Shown here in pieces: positions 13,582 to 26,576 of a DNA stretch of 64,000 nucleotides; positions within the stretch are counted from its first letter, which is position 1, and every line of letters begins with the position of its first letter. This stretch comes from Eledone cirrhosa. Its lineage: Eukaryota. Made by a program: the position numbers and the translations under genes. The notes under the pieces are model-generated. The model saw nothing but the letters and a program-made list of their open reading frames with translations. It searched no databases and was not told where the DNA came from. The stretch lies in assembly GCA_964016885.1 (NCBI GenBank), contig OZ024742.1, positions 367,970,001 through 368,034,000 on the forward strand, written 5' to 3'.

Positions 13582-13624
<43 letters not shown>

Positions 13625-13636
13625 AACACACACACA

Positions 13637-13689
<53 letters not shown>

Positions 13690-13779
13690 CTAATTCCCAC
13701 TCTACTACTCTAAGTATTGAGTACTCTGGTGCGTTATGGTCCACCTGATATCTTACCACACCCTCTTCGTTATTTATGC

Positions 13780-14370
13780 ACACACACACACACACTCTTA
13801 TATATATATACATACACATGTGTGTGTGTATATGTTTGTGTGTGTGTGTATATGGGCGCATATGAGTGTATGTGTGTTTTTGTGTGTGTGCATATGTGTG
13901 TATGCGTGTGTGAGTGTGTGCATGTATGTGTACGTATGTGTGTGTGATCGTGTGCATGTGCCTTCGTGTATATATGCGTGCATATGTGTGTGTATGTGAG
14001 TATGTATGTGTGTGTATGCGTGTGTGTATATGTGGGTATGTATGTGTGTCTATGTTTGTGTGTCTGTGTCTGTGTGTATGTGTCTCTATGTGTGTGTGTG
14101 TCTGTGTGTCTGTCTGTATGTCTGTGTCTCTATGTGTGTGTATGTGTGTATGTGTGTCTATATATGTGTGTGTGTGTGTCTGTGTGTCTGTGTCTGTCTG
14201 TGTGTATGTGACTCTATGTGTGTGTGTGTGTCTGTGTGTGTGTCTGTGTCTATGTGTGTGTATGTATGTATGTGTGTCTGTGTTTCTATGTGTGTGTATG
14301 TATGTATGTGTGTCTGTGTCTCTATGTGTGGTGTATGTATGTCCCTGTATATATATGTACCTGTATATAT
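13780..14370. repeat. Degenerate (GT)n/(TA)n/(GTGTCT)n low-complexity tract
   Basis: Dinucleotide-based repeats; the C/V/Y/H/T-rich ORFs here are artefacts. Confidence 0.9.
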
Positions 14371-14417
14371 TTGTAGTTTGTGTTATTTCTCCAAGATGAA
14401 ATATCGCTGCTCTAATA

Positions 14418-14698
14418 TTATTATTTCGGACGCCATCGTTGACTTTGCCTTTCATCCTTTCGGTGTCGATAAAATAAAGTACCAGTAATACACTGAGTAA
14501 TTGCTGGCCTTGTGCCATATGTAGAAACAATTATTTCGGACGCCATGCTTTCTAGCATAGTTATGTCCCTTTACGGTCTGAGTTCAAATCCCGCGGAGGT
14601 TGACTTTGCCTTTCATCCTCACGGGGTCGATAAAATAAAGTACCAGTAATGCACTGGGTAATTGCTGGCCTTGTGCCTAAATTAGAAACAATTATTAT
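14418..14698 (+). mobile_element. Two tandem truncated SINE copies (tRNA-derived, cephalopod-type body)
   Basis: B-box-like GTTCAAATCC at ~14582; repeated body GTTGACTTTGCCTTTCATCCT..GTCGATAAAATAAAGTACCAGT..GCTGGCCTTGTGCC and (ATT)n tails. Confidence 0.65.
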
Positions 14699-14838
14699 TA
14701 AAACACCATTAACATCGATTGGCAACCTTGGCTCAATAAACTTTTCTTGCTTCTATTTTTATGGTTTTTCCATGGAGGGAAAATAGAGAGAAACTGCATG
14801 GTATGAAAAATATGACAAACACACACATTAGCATAGAA

Positions 14839-14876
<38 letters not shown>

Positions 14877-14997
14877 CACCACAGAAGACCACACACACAC
14901 ACATACACACAGGTGGCGCTATCTACACATGCACTCATACTCATACATGTACATATATTTACCAAAAAGAAAACAGACACACATACACACATACACA

Positions 14998-15036
<39 letters not shown>

Positions 15037-15041
<5 letters not shown>

Positions 15042-15155
15042 AACGAGTAGGACCCCGACGGCTGAGCTCAAGCCGTTTCGACAGCTAATTCTGGAGTCCA
15101 GAATTAGCCGTCGAAACGGCTTGAGCTCAGCTGTCGGGGTCCTACTCGTTCCTAT
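15037..15155. repeat. Near-perfect 119-bp palindrome (59-bp arms, 1-nt spacer at 15096, 2 mismatches)
   Basis: ATAGGAACGAGTAGGACCCCGAC...CTGGA g TCCAG...GTCGGGGTCCTACTCGTTCCTAT. Confidence 0.95.
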
Positions 15156-15224
15156 TACCAACTCTACTACCCTGAGTACTTTGGTGCGTTATGGTCCACC
15201 TGGTTCCTTACCACATTTCCTTCG

Positions 15225-15280
<56 letters not shown>

Positions 15281-15701
15281 TATATATAATATATATATAT
15301 AGCCAGATAGATGGTGGGAGTGAGGGAGAGAGTAAGAAAGGGATGGGGTGCAGAAATGTAGACATAGATGGAGTTTTAAATATAGACATGCATGTAGGTT
15401 CACATGATACAATTTCGTAGATAACGGATTTGAAATAAGCAAATTATTATTAGAGGAATGGAAGCAAGATTTCTTGTAAGAAGACAAAAAATCAATGTCG
15501 GATAGATCCACTCTCCTTGGTCATCTCTAAATTTCTTTAAAAAGATATTTCCAGCGTTTCCGACAAGTTCCCTTATATAGATTTCCGCCTTATTGTGTAT
15601 GTGTGTATCTTGGTAGCTGTGTGTATGTGTGTGTGTGTGTTTATATATGTGCATGTGAATGTGTGTATGTGTGTATGTGTTTATATATATTAATATCCGC
15701 C

Positions 15702-15784
<83 letters not shown>

Positions 15785-15916
15785 CTACTGATATGTATAC
15801 ATACATGAACACACACATACTTAGATATATACATATATATATAGGCGTATTTATAGATTTATACTTATATATATGTATATATATATATATATATATCTTA
15901 TATATTCCTGTATTTA

Positions 15917-15965
<49 letters not shown>

Positions 15966-16146
15966 GTGTATACAAAAAATTATATTTAGGTAATAAACAT
16001 ATACATACACGCACAGAAACACACACACATATATATATATATATACATATATTATTATCATATGATATATATAGAGATATATATAGATATATGTGCGTGT
16101 GTATGTATGTACGTATATATGTATATATATATTTATATACACACAT

Positions 16147-16218
<72 letters not shown>

Positions 16219-16219
<1 letters not shown>

Positions 16220-16686
16220 CGGAAAAAATGAAACGAAATTTCATTTCCCACTCTTAGTACGGCTGTTACTTAAATATAAGTATGTACACGTACATACATA
16301 TATGTATACAGACGCACAGCAGCATATATATATATACATACATGCACACATATATATATGTACGTATGGATTCACCGAACATTTATTATAATGCTTGGTG
16401 TGTTTGTAAACAAACATCCCGTATTAAGCCGTAGTGTCTAGCAACCATCGTTGCTCGTTTGTTCAACACTGACAAAGGAACGCTGTACTAGTTTCAAGCT
16501 TATTAGCTATCGTCAGCAACGTATACCTTCCTGCCAGATTGTTGAACGTCTGAAAGTATATACTTTCCTTATGCATATTAACGGCTGAGTAGCCCAATTT
16601 GCATATCGAGTGGGTTAATCGGCCGGGTGCACCGAAAACGATAAACGGAAAAAATGAAACGAAATTTCATTTCCTACTCTTAGTAC
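16219..16686 (-). mobile_element. Short non-coding HHR-bearing unit with 42-bp terminal direct repeats (426-bp period); retrozyme-like or non-autonomous PLE derivative
   Basis: ACGGAAAAAATGAAACGAAATTTCATTTCC(C/T)ACTCTTAGTAC at 16219-16260 and 16645-16686; HHR inside; (TA)n on both sides. Confidence 0.65.
16480..16522 (-). ncRNA. Type I hammerhead ribozyme
   Basis: Minus strand: ACGTTG-CTGACGA-TAGC TAATAA GCTT-GAAA-CTAG(palindrome)-TA-CAGCGT; 6-bp helix I (one G.U). Confidence 0.8.
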
Positions 16687-16690
16687 ATAG

Positions 16691-16721
<31 letters not shown>

Positions 16722-16847
16722 CACAGAGAGAAGTGTGTTACTGTGTAATATATTTGTATTTGAGCTCAGTTGAAAATTCTTTGTTCTTCTTTGAGCTAAT
16801 ATTATTATTACTGTGAACTGTGGAATACTCTATTTCCGATCCTTGTA

Positions 16848-16906
<59 letters not shown>

Positions 16907-16908
<2 letters not shown>

Positions 16909-17132
16909 TAGTAAGACGCCTCACGCTCCTTGATAGAACAACGCCGGTTGAGAACGCCAGAAAGAAAAGACAGACAGCCACTGGAAAGCCGACTGATCAC
17001 ACGCCAGATACCAGCCTCTGTACAACACCATTGTTTGTGCTACAACAAAAAATAAACGTATATTTCATCTCTAATTTCTGCTGTTATTATGTCACTTGCA
17101 TCTCGATAACATCTACAACTAATACTGCTAAA
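16907..17132 (+). repeat. 5' LTR
   Basis: Starts TGTAGT, contains AATAAA, ends ..GCTAAA immediately before GTGGCGACC. Confidence 0.9.
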
Positions 17133-17146
17133 GTGGCGACCGACGT
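17133..17146 (+). promoter_or_regulatory. Primer-binding site
   Basis: GTGGCGACCGACGT directly after the LTR; TGG is complementary to tRNA CCA. Confidence 0.7.
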
Positions 17147-18022
17147 AAGAATTTAACGCAGCCCTTCTTTTTCATCAATTGAACTTTTATTGCCACATTG
17201 TCGGCTTTTTTTCGCAACTTGTGAAAATAAAAAATATTCCTTTTAAAATTATCGGAAAGTTAGTAGTATTTCATAAACTTTTTGCTACACTCGAGAACAA
17301 CAACGACAGCAGCATCAGCGACAACATTGTTTAACCACTGACCAAAACAGGGAATAGTGAGTGGCAGCTTCATAGCCTTACCGACGCAGACCACCACACA
17401 TCGGAAATATCAAAACGATTCATTCGTGGCGATAATTTAGAGCGACTTTTTTTTTTATTCACTTGCATATTCCATTTCCGTTGCCAACTTTTTCGCAACC
17501 TACAGAAAAAAAAAAGAAAAAAGTGTATTTTTCCAAGGTGGCGTTGCGTTCCTTCCCCGTTTTGTAACGGACACATTTTTTGAATTGCGTGTGTGTTCCA
17601 TGACTGATCAAGAGAGAAGAGACTAAACTTTTTTTTGTGAACATAACTGCCCCGCATGTGGATATACATGCCTTACCTTTTTCTAAGGGATTTTTAGCCT
17701 CTGGCTACCTTTGTTGATATCCAACGCGGATATATTTAAAAAAAAAAAACATTTTTTTTTCTTCCTTTTTTTTTACCTTATTTGATTTGGCTGGTTCGTT
17801 GAGGCAACGCGAGGGGACAGACGTTGAAGGAGAAATTTTTTTTTAAAGATATATATCTGTATTTTATGTATTTTGCATATTTCCTTATGTTTTGAATGTC
17901 TGTTTCTTTTTGCCCTTTAACTTTTTCTCAATATTGGCTGTTCTCTTTTCACTGTACAAGGGTGCATTAATTGCTCTTTCGATATATAGGTATATATATT
18001 TGTTTTAATTTTAAAAGTTGAC

Positions 18023-18805
18023 ATGAATGTGCCACATTTGCCCGCCTTTACTGGAAAACCTAAGATGTGGTTTGCCCAGTTACGGGCGTATTTTACGGTC
18101 TGTAAGACCGAATCTGACCAGCGCCTCGCTGTACTGATTAGCGGCCTTCCCCCTAATCTAGCAGATTCGGTCCAAGACCTAATTACAGACCCCCCCCCCC
18201 CCTCTGACTTGACGTATGAGTTTTTGAAGGGCGAGATTTTGAGGAGGAATTGTAAGTCGGTAGAGAGTCGTTTTCGGTCACTGATCGAGGACGAACGATT
18301 AGGTGACAGGACCCCTACCGCTTTTCTCCGGCATTTGCGGGATTTGAGCGATTCCCAAGATCAGGATAGCCCTTTCCTGAAGCAATTGTTCTTCTCTCGC
18401 CTACCTCAAGAGGTACAGGCGATCCTAGCCCATATGCTAGAGGTGAATACCCTGGATCACATTGCTGTCTCTGCTGACAAAATGGTAGAGGTGACGAAGA
18501 GAGACACTTCGAAGCCAAGGTACGTTGCTTCCTCTTCTCTTCCTCAATCACGCTCATCAGCGTCTGATGACAAATTAATCACCACTATGGAAGCCATGAC
18601 TCGTCAAATGGCGGAGTTGTGCACGGAATTCAGGTCCTTTGGACGGCAGAGGAGCCGCTCACGACGTTATTCAACTTCTCGCCACCGTAGCCCTTCCAAC
18701 ACACCAGGAACAACATATTGTTATTACCATGAAAGATATGGTAAAAAAGCCGCCCGTTGTAGGCCTCCTTGTGCTTACGAGGGAAAAGACGACCAGAGTC
18801 ACTAA
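18023..18805 (+). CDS. gag: Gypsy Gag-like protein (260 aa)
   Basis: [28 protein letters not shown]-terminal CYYH..YG..A..C.PPC knuckle. Confidence 0.9.
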   Translation: MNVPHLPAFTGKPKMWFAQLRAYFTVCKTESDQRLAVLISGLPPNLADSVQDLITDPPPPSDLTYEFLKGEILRRNCKSVESRFRSLIEDERLGDRTPTAFLRHLRDLSDSQDQDSPFLKQLFFSRLPQEVQAILAHMLEVNTLDHIAVSADKMVEVTKRDTSKPRYVASSSLPQSRSSASDDKLITTMEAMTRQMAELCTEFRSFGRQRSRSRRYSTSRHRSPSNTPGTTYCYYHERYGKKAARCRPPCAYEGKDDQSH

Positions 18806-21800
18806 CGGCGGATAGTGCGCTCTGCGAAACAACATCTAACCGCCACTTTTTCATTGAGGACCTGCTGTCAGGTAGAGCTTTTCTGGTTGACACAGGTGCA
18901 GCTTGTTCCGTATGGCCTGTGTGTTGTATGAAGGAGACTCCCCCTGAGACGCCTATTGAGTTGCAGGCAGTAAATTGTTCGCCGATTCGTACTTTTGGAC
19001 AAATCTCGTTACCTTTGCAGTTTCGTAATCTGCGGCGCGAGTTTAAATGGATATTTACTGTCGCTGCCTTGCCGTATCCGATTCTAGGCGCGGATTTTCT
19101 CCACCATTTTTCATTGACGGTGGACCTTCGTGGTAAACGCCTAATTGATGGCATCACGGGATTAACTGTTGTTGGCAAGGCAGCAGGAGTTCCAACGGTT
19201 AGCCCGATATTTTTTCTTGCTAACACCGGTGATCCTTTCCATGCGTTGTTGAACTCGTTCCCGCAACTGACACAGGGGAATTTTCGATTTGATGAACCTA
19301 CTCATACCACGGAGCACTTCATATCTACAACTGGTGCTCCCGTTTTCTCTCGCCCTCGTCGCTTGCCTCCGGACAAACTCAAAGCAGCACGATCAGAATT
19401 TGATCATATGCTGCAAATGGGGATTATTCGTCCGTCCACGAGCCCGTGGGCGTCCCCATTGCACATGGTACCGAAAGCGAATGGCGATTGGAGACCTACT
19501 GGAGATTATCGACGCCTGAATTCGATAACGGTACCGGACCGTTATCCTATCCCTCATCTGCAAGACTTTGCGTCTTCGTTGCAGGGATGCAAGATATTCT
19601 CCAAACTGGATTTAATTCGTGCGTACCATCAAATTCCTGTCCATAAAAATGACATTCCAAAAACGGCTATAGTTACGCCATTTGGGTCTTTCGAGTTTTT
19701 GACTATGCCGTTCGGATTAAGGAATGCCGCTAGTACTTTTCAGCGGTTTATGGATGAGGTTACTCGCGGCCTCGATTTCGTCTATACCTATATTGACGAT
19801 CTGCTCATTGCTAGTTCTTCTCCAGAGCAGCATACGCACCATTTGAATCTTCTTTTCCGCCGATTGAAGGCGTATAACGTGCAGCTTAATGCACCCAAAT
19901 GTGTTTTTGGTGCTGAGTCACTGACTTTCTTGGGTCACGTCATCGATGCTGACGGAATTCGACCCCGGCCTGAGCGAGTTAAGGTCATAGAGGATTTGCC
20001 TCCACCGACCTCACTACGTCAGTTACGCCAGTTCTTAGGTCTGGTTAACTTTTATAGGCGTTTCGTGCCAAATTGTGCCAAGTTGCTTTTCTCCCTGACA
20101 GAAATTTTTAAAAATTGTCGGAGGAAGAACAAAGATGTTTCTTTGACAGACACTCAACTTGCTGATTTTCAGCACGCCAAAACTGTTTTGGCTAATGCTT
20201 CGTTACTGACTCACCCGGTACCCGGTGCAAAGCTAACGCTTTGTGTTGATGCATCGGATATCGCTGTGGGCGCAGTACTACAGCAAAACATCAATGGTTA
20301 CCAGCAACCGCTGGAGTTTTTTTCCAAAAAGCTAAATCCTGCTGAGACGCGCTACAGCACCTTTGGAAGAGAGCTTTTAGCCATCTATTTGGCCGTGAAA
20401 CATTTTTCACATGTGCTAGAGGGTAGACAATTTACTATCCTCACTGACCATAAACCATTGACTTTTGCTTTGAGAGCGAAGGCTGATAAATACTCGCCCA
20501 GAGAGACGAGACACCTTGATTTCATCTCGCAATATACGAGTGATATCCAGCACATTCCGGGTTCACTAAATACAGCGGCCGATGCTTTGTCCCGCTTACC
20601 CGTGACAGCGATCTCGTCATCCTCTGACATAGATCTGACTCGTTTGGCTGCGGATCAGCCTCCCCTTGAGTCATTGGATGTCACATCGCCCGAGTTTGCG
20701 AATTGCGAGATGAAATACTTTCCTCTGTCGACTGCAGTTGGCCAAATTCTCTGCGACGTCTCTTTGGACGTGCCTAGGCCCTTCGTTCCAGAGAATCATC
20801 GTCGGACCGTGTTTCTGGGATTACATTGTATCTCGCATCCAGGATCTTCTGCCACAGCAAAGCTCATATCAGCTAGATTTTTCTGGCCAAATATGAGGCG
20901 TGAAATTGCTGCTTGGTGCCGTTCCTGCGTCGCTTGCCAGAAATCAAAGGTCCATCGACACGTCAAGGCTCCCCTGGGTACCTTTGCTAACCCAGATGCG
21001 CGTTTTTCGCATATTCATATTGACATAGTGGGACCTTGGCCTGTCAGCGATGGTTTTTCTCATCTACTTACCGTCATTGACCGTTTTTCGAGATGGCCTG
21101 AGGCCATCCCCTTGAAAAACATCACCGCGGAGACAACAGCACGTGCTCTTGTGTCTGGATGGATCTCTCGTTATAGAGTTCCATCCACAATAACTACCGA
21201 CCGTGGACGACAGTTCGAGTCGAGCCTTTTCCTCGAGCTGTCAAAAATAATTGGTGCTAAACGCATTCGAACTATGGCATACCATCCCGCTTCGAATGGT
21301 ATGGTGGAGCGTTTTCACCGACAACTGAAGGCCTCCTTAATGGCCTCAATGGACTCGGCGCATTGGAGCGAGTACCTCCCTATTGTGCTACTAGGGATTC
21401 GGTCAACGGTGAAGGTCGACTTTGGATTTTCACCGGCCGAAGTACTGTACGGTGCCCCTCTGACGTTGCCCGGGCAAATGCTTGCCTCTATCGATCTTGA
21501 TGCCCAAAATCACGCTTCCTACGTGTCCCGTTTGCGCTCCTATTTCCAGGATTTGCCGCCAATGGACACTAGCAAACAAACTGTCAAGACTGCTGTCCCG
21601 AGGGATATTGCCTCGTGGACGCATGTCTTTGTAAGGAATGATACGGTGAAGCCCCCGCTCACACAGCCTTACACTGGACCTTACCGTGTCTTAGCGCGCT
21701 CGGCTAAGCATTTCACGTTAGATATTAAGGGGTCCAGGGTGACAGTTACATTAGACAGGCTTAAGCAGGCGCACCTTGATACGGATGCTGTGGTTCCTGA

Positions 21801-21963
21801 TCCACGAACCCCTTCGTATTTGCCTATTGAGCGAACGACTGTTCCTGATCCACCATCATCGCCTGTCCCTACACCACCACCATCGCCACGTTACAAGACC
21901 ACGACCCGTTCAGGTCGTAGGGTCCACTGGCCCAAAAAACTTTGCAGCACCGTCTATATTTAG
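18769..21963 (+). CDS. pol: Gypsy Pol: protease, RT, RNase H, integrase
   Basis: [65 protein letters not shown]; uninterrupted 1064 codons, true start probably via frameshift. Confidence 0.95.
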   Translation: MCLRGKRRPESLTADSALCETTSNRHFFIEDLLSGRAFLVDTGAACSVWPVCCMKETPPETPIELQAVNCSPIRTFGQISLPLQFRNLRREFKWIFTVAALPYPILGADFLHHFSLTVDLRGKRLIDGITGLTVVGKAAGVPTVSPIFFLANTGDPFHALLNSFPQLTQGNFRFDEPTHTTEHFISTTGAPVFSRPRRLPPDKLKAARSEFDHMLQMGIIRPSTSPWASPLHMVPKANGDWRPTGDYRRLNSITVPDRYPIPHLQDFASSLQGCKIFSKLDLIRAYHQIPVHKNDIPKTAIVTPFGSFEFLTMPFGLRNAASTFQRFMDEVTRGLDFVYTYIDDLLIASSSPEQHTHHLNLLFRRLKAYNVQLNAPKCVFGAESLTFLGHVIDADGIRPRPERVKVIEDLPPPTSLRQLRQFLGLVNFYRRFVPNCAKLLFSLTEIFKNCRRKNKDVSLTDTQLADFQHAKTVLANASLLTHPVPGAKLTLCVDASDIAVGAVLQQNINGYQQPLEFFSKKLNPAETRYSTFGRELLAIYLAVKHFSHVLEGRQFTILTDHKPLTFALRAKADKYSPRETRHLDFISQYTSDIQHIPGSLNTAADALSRLPVTAISSSSDIDLTRLAADQPPLESLDVTSPEFANCEMKYFPLSTAVGQILCDVSLDVPRPFVPENHRRTVFLGLHCISHPGSSATAKLISARFFWPNMRREIAAWCRSCVACQKSKVHRHVKAPLGTFANPDARFSHIHIDIVGPWPVSDGFSHLLTVIDRFSRWPEAIPLKNITAETTARALVSGWISRYRVPSTITTDRGRQFESSLFLELSKIIGAKRIRTMAYHPASNGMVERFHRQLKASLMASMDSAHWSEYLPIVLLGIRSTVKVDFGFSPAEVLYGAPLTLPGQMLASIDLDAQNHASYVSRLRSYFQDLPPMDTSKQTVKTAVPRDIASWTHVFVRNDTVKPPLTQPYTGPYRVLARSAKHFTLDIKGSRVTVTLDRLKQAHLDTDAVVPDPRTPSYLPIERTTVPDPPSSPVPTPPPSPRYKTTTRSGRRVHWPKKLCSTVYI
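18781..18824 (+). promoter_or_regulatory. -1 ribosomal frameshift signal
   Basis: Slippery G_GGA_AAA (18781-18787) in the gag frame, 6-nt spacer, stem-loop CAGAG-T-CACTA..TAGTG-CG-CTCTG; pol is in the -1 frame. Confidence 0.75.
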
Positions 21964-22190
21964 ACTATGTTAGCTGCACCTTTTCTTTGCCTCTGTGTTT
22001 CTGCTTTTTCTTTGCCTTGTTTTTTTTTATGCATGCATGTCGTTTTTTTTTTAACATTTTTCAAATCCTTATTCTGGATTCAATTTTTACTAGAGCGGAT
22101 AGCTCCCCCTTGTTGCATTGTTCGCCATCTTACTCCACATGTGAGTAATGACATCGATTTTCGATAATTTGAAAATCTGGCTCGAGGTAC

Positions 22191-22416
22191 TGTAGTAAGA
22201 CGCCTCACGCTCCTTGATAGAACAACGCTGGTTGAGAACGCCAGAAAGAAAAGACAGACAGCCACTGGAAAGCCGACGGATCACACGCCAGATACCAGCC
22301 TCTGTACAACACCATTGTTTGTGCTACAACAAAAAATAAACGTATATTTCATCTCTAATTTCTGCTGTTATTATGTCACTTGCATCTCGATAACATCTAC
22401 AACTAATACTGCTAAA
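22191..22416 (+). repeat. 3' LTR
   Basis: Near-identical to 16907-17132; followed by an extra GTGGCGA and a short duplication. Confidence 0.9.
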
Positions 22417-22810
22417 GTGGCGATAACATCTATAACTAATACTGCTAAATATATATATATATATATACAATGTGTATGCGTGTATGTAGACATTCATTTA
22501 AACAAGATTGGCGTCTCTTAAGTATGTGACATCTCCCTATAAATCTGTACATCAGACTGTAATGTACAACACAGCAATATGGACGTCCATATTGCTGTAC
22601 TTTCCACCGACAAGTCTGGCCAAGCTATGTCTAATATTTCCGTTCTATTTAACACAAATAGAGGCTAAATTAACAATGGTTTCTACTTTTGGCACAAGAT
22701 CAGAATTTTCCTTGTGAGTTGGAGGGTGAGGGTGAGGTTGAAATACTTTTCGAAAATCTTCAAAATTCTTGAAATTTTCAAAATTAACTGAAATATATTC
22801 AACGCATTTC

Positions 22811-22849
22811 AAGAAGAAGAAGAAGAAGAAGAAGAAGAAGAAGAAGAAG

Positions 22850-22879
<30 letters not shown>
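22811..22879. repeat. (GAA)n microsatellite
   Basis: Perfect AAG repeats. Confidence 0.95.
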
Positions 22880-22880
<1 letters not shown>

Positions 22881-23396
22881 TGTTAGAATGACAATATTAG
22901 AACTCATAATATAGCTAAATAAATTTAAATTCTGGAATCATATTCCACCATTCCCCCAAATTATCAATTCCTTTTAAATTAACGTAAATACAAGCTCTTC
23001 TTCCCCTTTCTCCTTCTTCCTACTCATACATATATCCTAATTATTTAAATTCTGCATAGCGTCTAAAATAACGTTTTTTCAGGCCTATACCTCAACCTCA
23101 TTTGCATACTCATCTTAATAATTTGAAATATCTTACTTTTCTTCTCTTATCCAAGAAAAACCTGAAGCGTTAAGGTATCTTTTCTTGGTTATGTCAAAAT
23201 TCATAAAACAAACTTTGTATTTTATCTGATGAAAGCGTACCAAATATATATAATAGAATAAATATGGTTTTATAAATATAATTTCCATTTATTTAGTATC
23301 ATTGAATATTATACTCCAGAAAAACCTGACGAGTGCTCTGAATCAGTTATAAACATTTATATTTGTTGAATACCAACAAATTGAATATTCCTTTTG

Positions 23397-23450
<54 letters not shown>

Positions 23451-23539
23451 TATATATATACATATTATATACATATATATATATGTATATATATTTATAT
23501 ATATATATATATATGAATATATATATACATATTATATAC

Positions 23540-23577
<38 letters not shown>

Positions 23578-23607
23578 ATATATATATGTATATATAATAT
23601 GTATGTA

Positions 23608-23717
<110 letters not shown>

Positions 23718-23936
23718 TATATAATGCCGTTAGAGTAGCAATGTTTCATAAGCGAGGTAGAATGGACGTTTCTTCAATATATAGATATAATGGAGCCAAT
23801 TATGACATGGCTATAAATCCTAGCTATCTCTACGACTATTGATCAATGAGTGAATAGACTATTTATATGTCTAGAGGAGGGGGGCAATGTGACCGCGGCG
23901 GTGAGGTCATGTCTTCAGTAAGTACATTGCAAGTGG

Positions 23937-24016
<80 letters not shown>

Positions 24017-24954
24017 AAATGTGTGTAATCCTTGGTACAGTTAGGTATATTGAGACAGAGGGGAAGAAAAAAATAGCTTCACTTGTGCTTTCAACAAATT
24101 TATTTTCTTCACAAAATCCAAAAAGAATTTTTTTCCGGATTAGAAAAAAAATTTTTCTTAAAAAAAATTATTTTATATATTAAGTTGTTGGTTGTTGGTT
24201 AGGTCTTAGGAGTTCTTGGTTAACGTAGGAGGTATTGTTTCGTTTATAGAACGACCTTTCACGCTGAGGTGCGCTTGTCAAACTGATGTCTATGTGGTGT
24301 GTTGTTCTATATATAGGGATTTAACATGTCTGAAGTGTGGTAGGGTTTTTTTTCTCCCCCTTTAATAAGTGTAGGGGTGTAGGTGTGTTGAAAACGTGTT
24401 AATAGCAGTAATGAGTTGAGACGGTGAGTAGGGTTGGGTGGGGAGAAATGTAGCAAGTGCGGCCTGCCCCGGTCATTCTCGAAAAATTCCTTTATTCAGG
24501 AGAAAAAGCTTTTAGTATTCCTTTGTGTTGAGAATGGTCATAGGCAAACCGCACCTGCCAAGTTTGTAAACAATTATTTTTTTCCGAAGAATTTTTCTAC
24601 GTCCATCCCAAAATTAGTCCTTTGTTCAACACACACATATGTGCGTATATACGTACATACACACACGGGCATATGTAAGAATATATAGGCACACACCATC
24701 AATCACACACCCATGTACATATACATCCATATACATACATAAAAATATATAAAGACACATATAAAAACACATATACACATACGTACACACACAAATATAT
24801 ACTCATACCTCCAAATGGGTATATATATATATACATACATACATATACATACATATACACACACACACACACACACGTGTACACACACACACACATATAC
24901 ATATGTCCGTATATATACCTCCGTTCACACATACATGCATACACACACACACAT

Positions 24955-25065
<111 letters not shown>

Positions 25066-25066
25066 C

Positions 25067-25131
<65 letters not shown>

Positions 25132-25136
<5 letters not shown>

Positions 25137-25742
25137 TGGCTGCCAACTCGTTTTCGAGTACGGCCACTACTTTATATCCATGTAGGAGAACCCCTACCGA
25201 TGCGCTGAACGAGTGTGACTTTTTAGTCCAGCCAGCGACTTGAAAACTCTGGTACAAACACTACACTTGTGACAATTATTGACACATAGTGCTGGGCCCA
25301 TGGTACCATGTGACGGCAAGTGCAAAGAGATCTCCAGATATAAAGCAATGCCTGTGCCGTGAAGCTTTTATAGTGAGCAAAGGCACTGCACAAAGCCAGT
25401 CCCACTCTCTTAACCAAGATGATATTTACCAAAAAGAAGAACAAGTCAACATCATTGGATACCATCAGGGTTGCAGGTGTTATATCAGAGTTTTCCTTCT
25501 CCTAGAATTCTGCCTTGACAAAGGCTAAGGGGTCATCTCTCCCAGTGATTTTGGATGGCCATTGACTCTTAAGAGCTCCTTTGCCCTTTGACAGGTTTTG
25601 TTTTTAGTCCTGCAGGATGTCCAAAGTCACCCTCCTCACCAAGAAACCTTGGTGGGGTTGCCAGTTTAGTCGCCAACGACCCGACCATGAAACAGGTTGT
25701 ACTGGGATACATGTTACCAGTAGCACCAAGTGGTGACCTGAC
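25132..25742 (-). mobile_element. ~610-bp internally deleted RTE-like non-autonomous element
   Basis: Reverse complement of 36464-37073; 3' part encodes [23 protein letters not shown]; flanked by (TA)n. Confidence 0.7.
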
Positions 25743-25806
25743 ATATATATATATACATACATATATACATACATATATGTACACATACACACATATACAT
25801 ACATAT

Positions 25807-25841
<35 letters not shown>

Positions 25842-25908
25842 CATACACATACACCTACACATACACATACAAATACATACATACACACATACGTATATAC
25901 ACATACAT

Positions 25909-26007
<99 letters not shown>

Positions 26008-26251
26008 TATACATACACACACATACATACACACACATATATATATATGGGTACACACAAGCACATAAAGACACATATACACATACATATATATATATAT
26101 ACACACATATATACATACATCTACATACATATATACATATACACATACAGAAACATACATATATGTACACACATATATACATATATGCACATACATACAC
26201 ACACATATATATAGATACATACAAATACATACACACACATATAAACATATA

Positions 26252-26299
<48 letters not shown>

Positions 26300-26576
26300 C
26301 AAACATACACATACATACATATACATATACATATATATACACACATACACACATATATATATATATATACACACACATATATACAAACATACACACATCC
26401 ATACATATATATACACCCACACATACACACACCCACATACATATAGACCCACACGTACATATATCCATACATACCTACACACATATATGTGTGTGTCTCA
26501 CCGTTCACTCAGATATTCATGTGTACACATAAGAAGAGGGAGGGGGGTAGTGAAATGGAATTTTACCTCCGAGTGT

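Larger units (their letters stand above)
9437..13586 (+). mobile_element. Penelope-like element, family A copy 1, with direct pseudo-LTRs (~9545-10280, ~12855-13586) and a short 5' inverted piece (9437-9547)
   Basis: RT plus GIY-YIG ORF; ~730-bp direct repeats; 9437-9547 is the reverse complement of ~10078-10190; flanked by (TA)n. Confidence 0.92.
16907..22449 (+). mobile_element. Full-length Ty3/Gypsy LTR retrotransposon
   Basis: 226-bp LTRs (16907-17132, 22191-22416) with only two differences seen, PBS-like TGGCGACC, intact gag and pol; inserted in (TA)n. Confidence 0.96.

Noticed and set aside
13559-16391. YI/HT/CV-rich ORFs (also at 23.4-26.5, 29 and 37 kb)
   Set aside because: Translations of (TA)n and (CA)n microsatellites
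23325-23372. CTGACGA followed by a weak hairpin
   Set aside because: GAAA and helix I are missing
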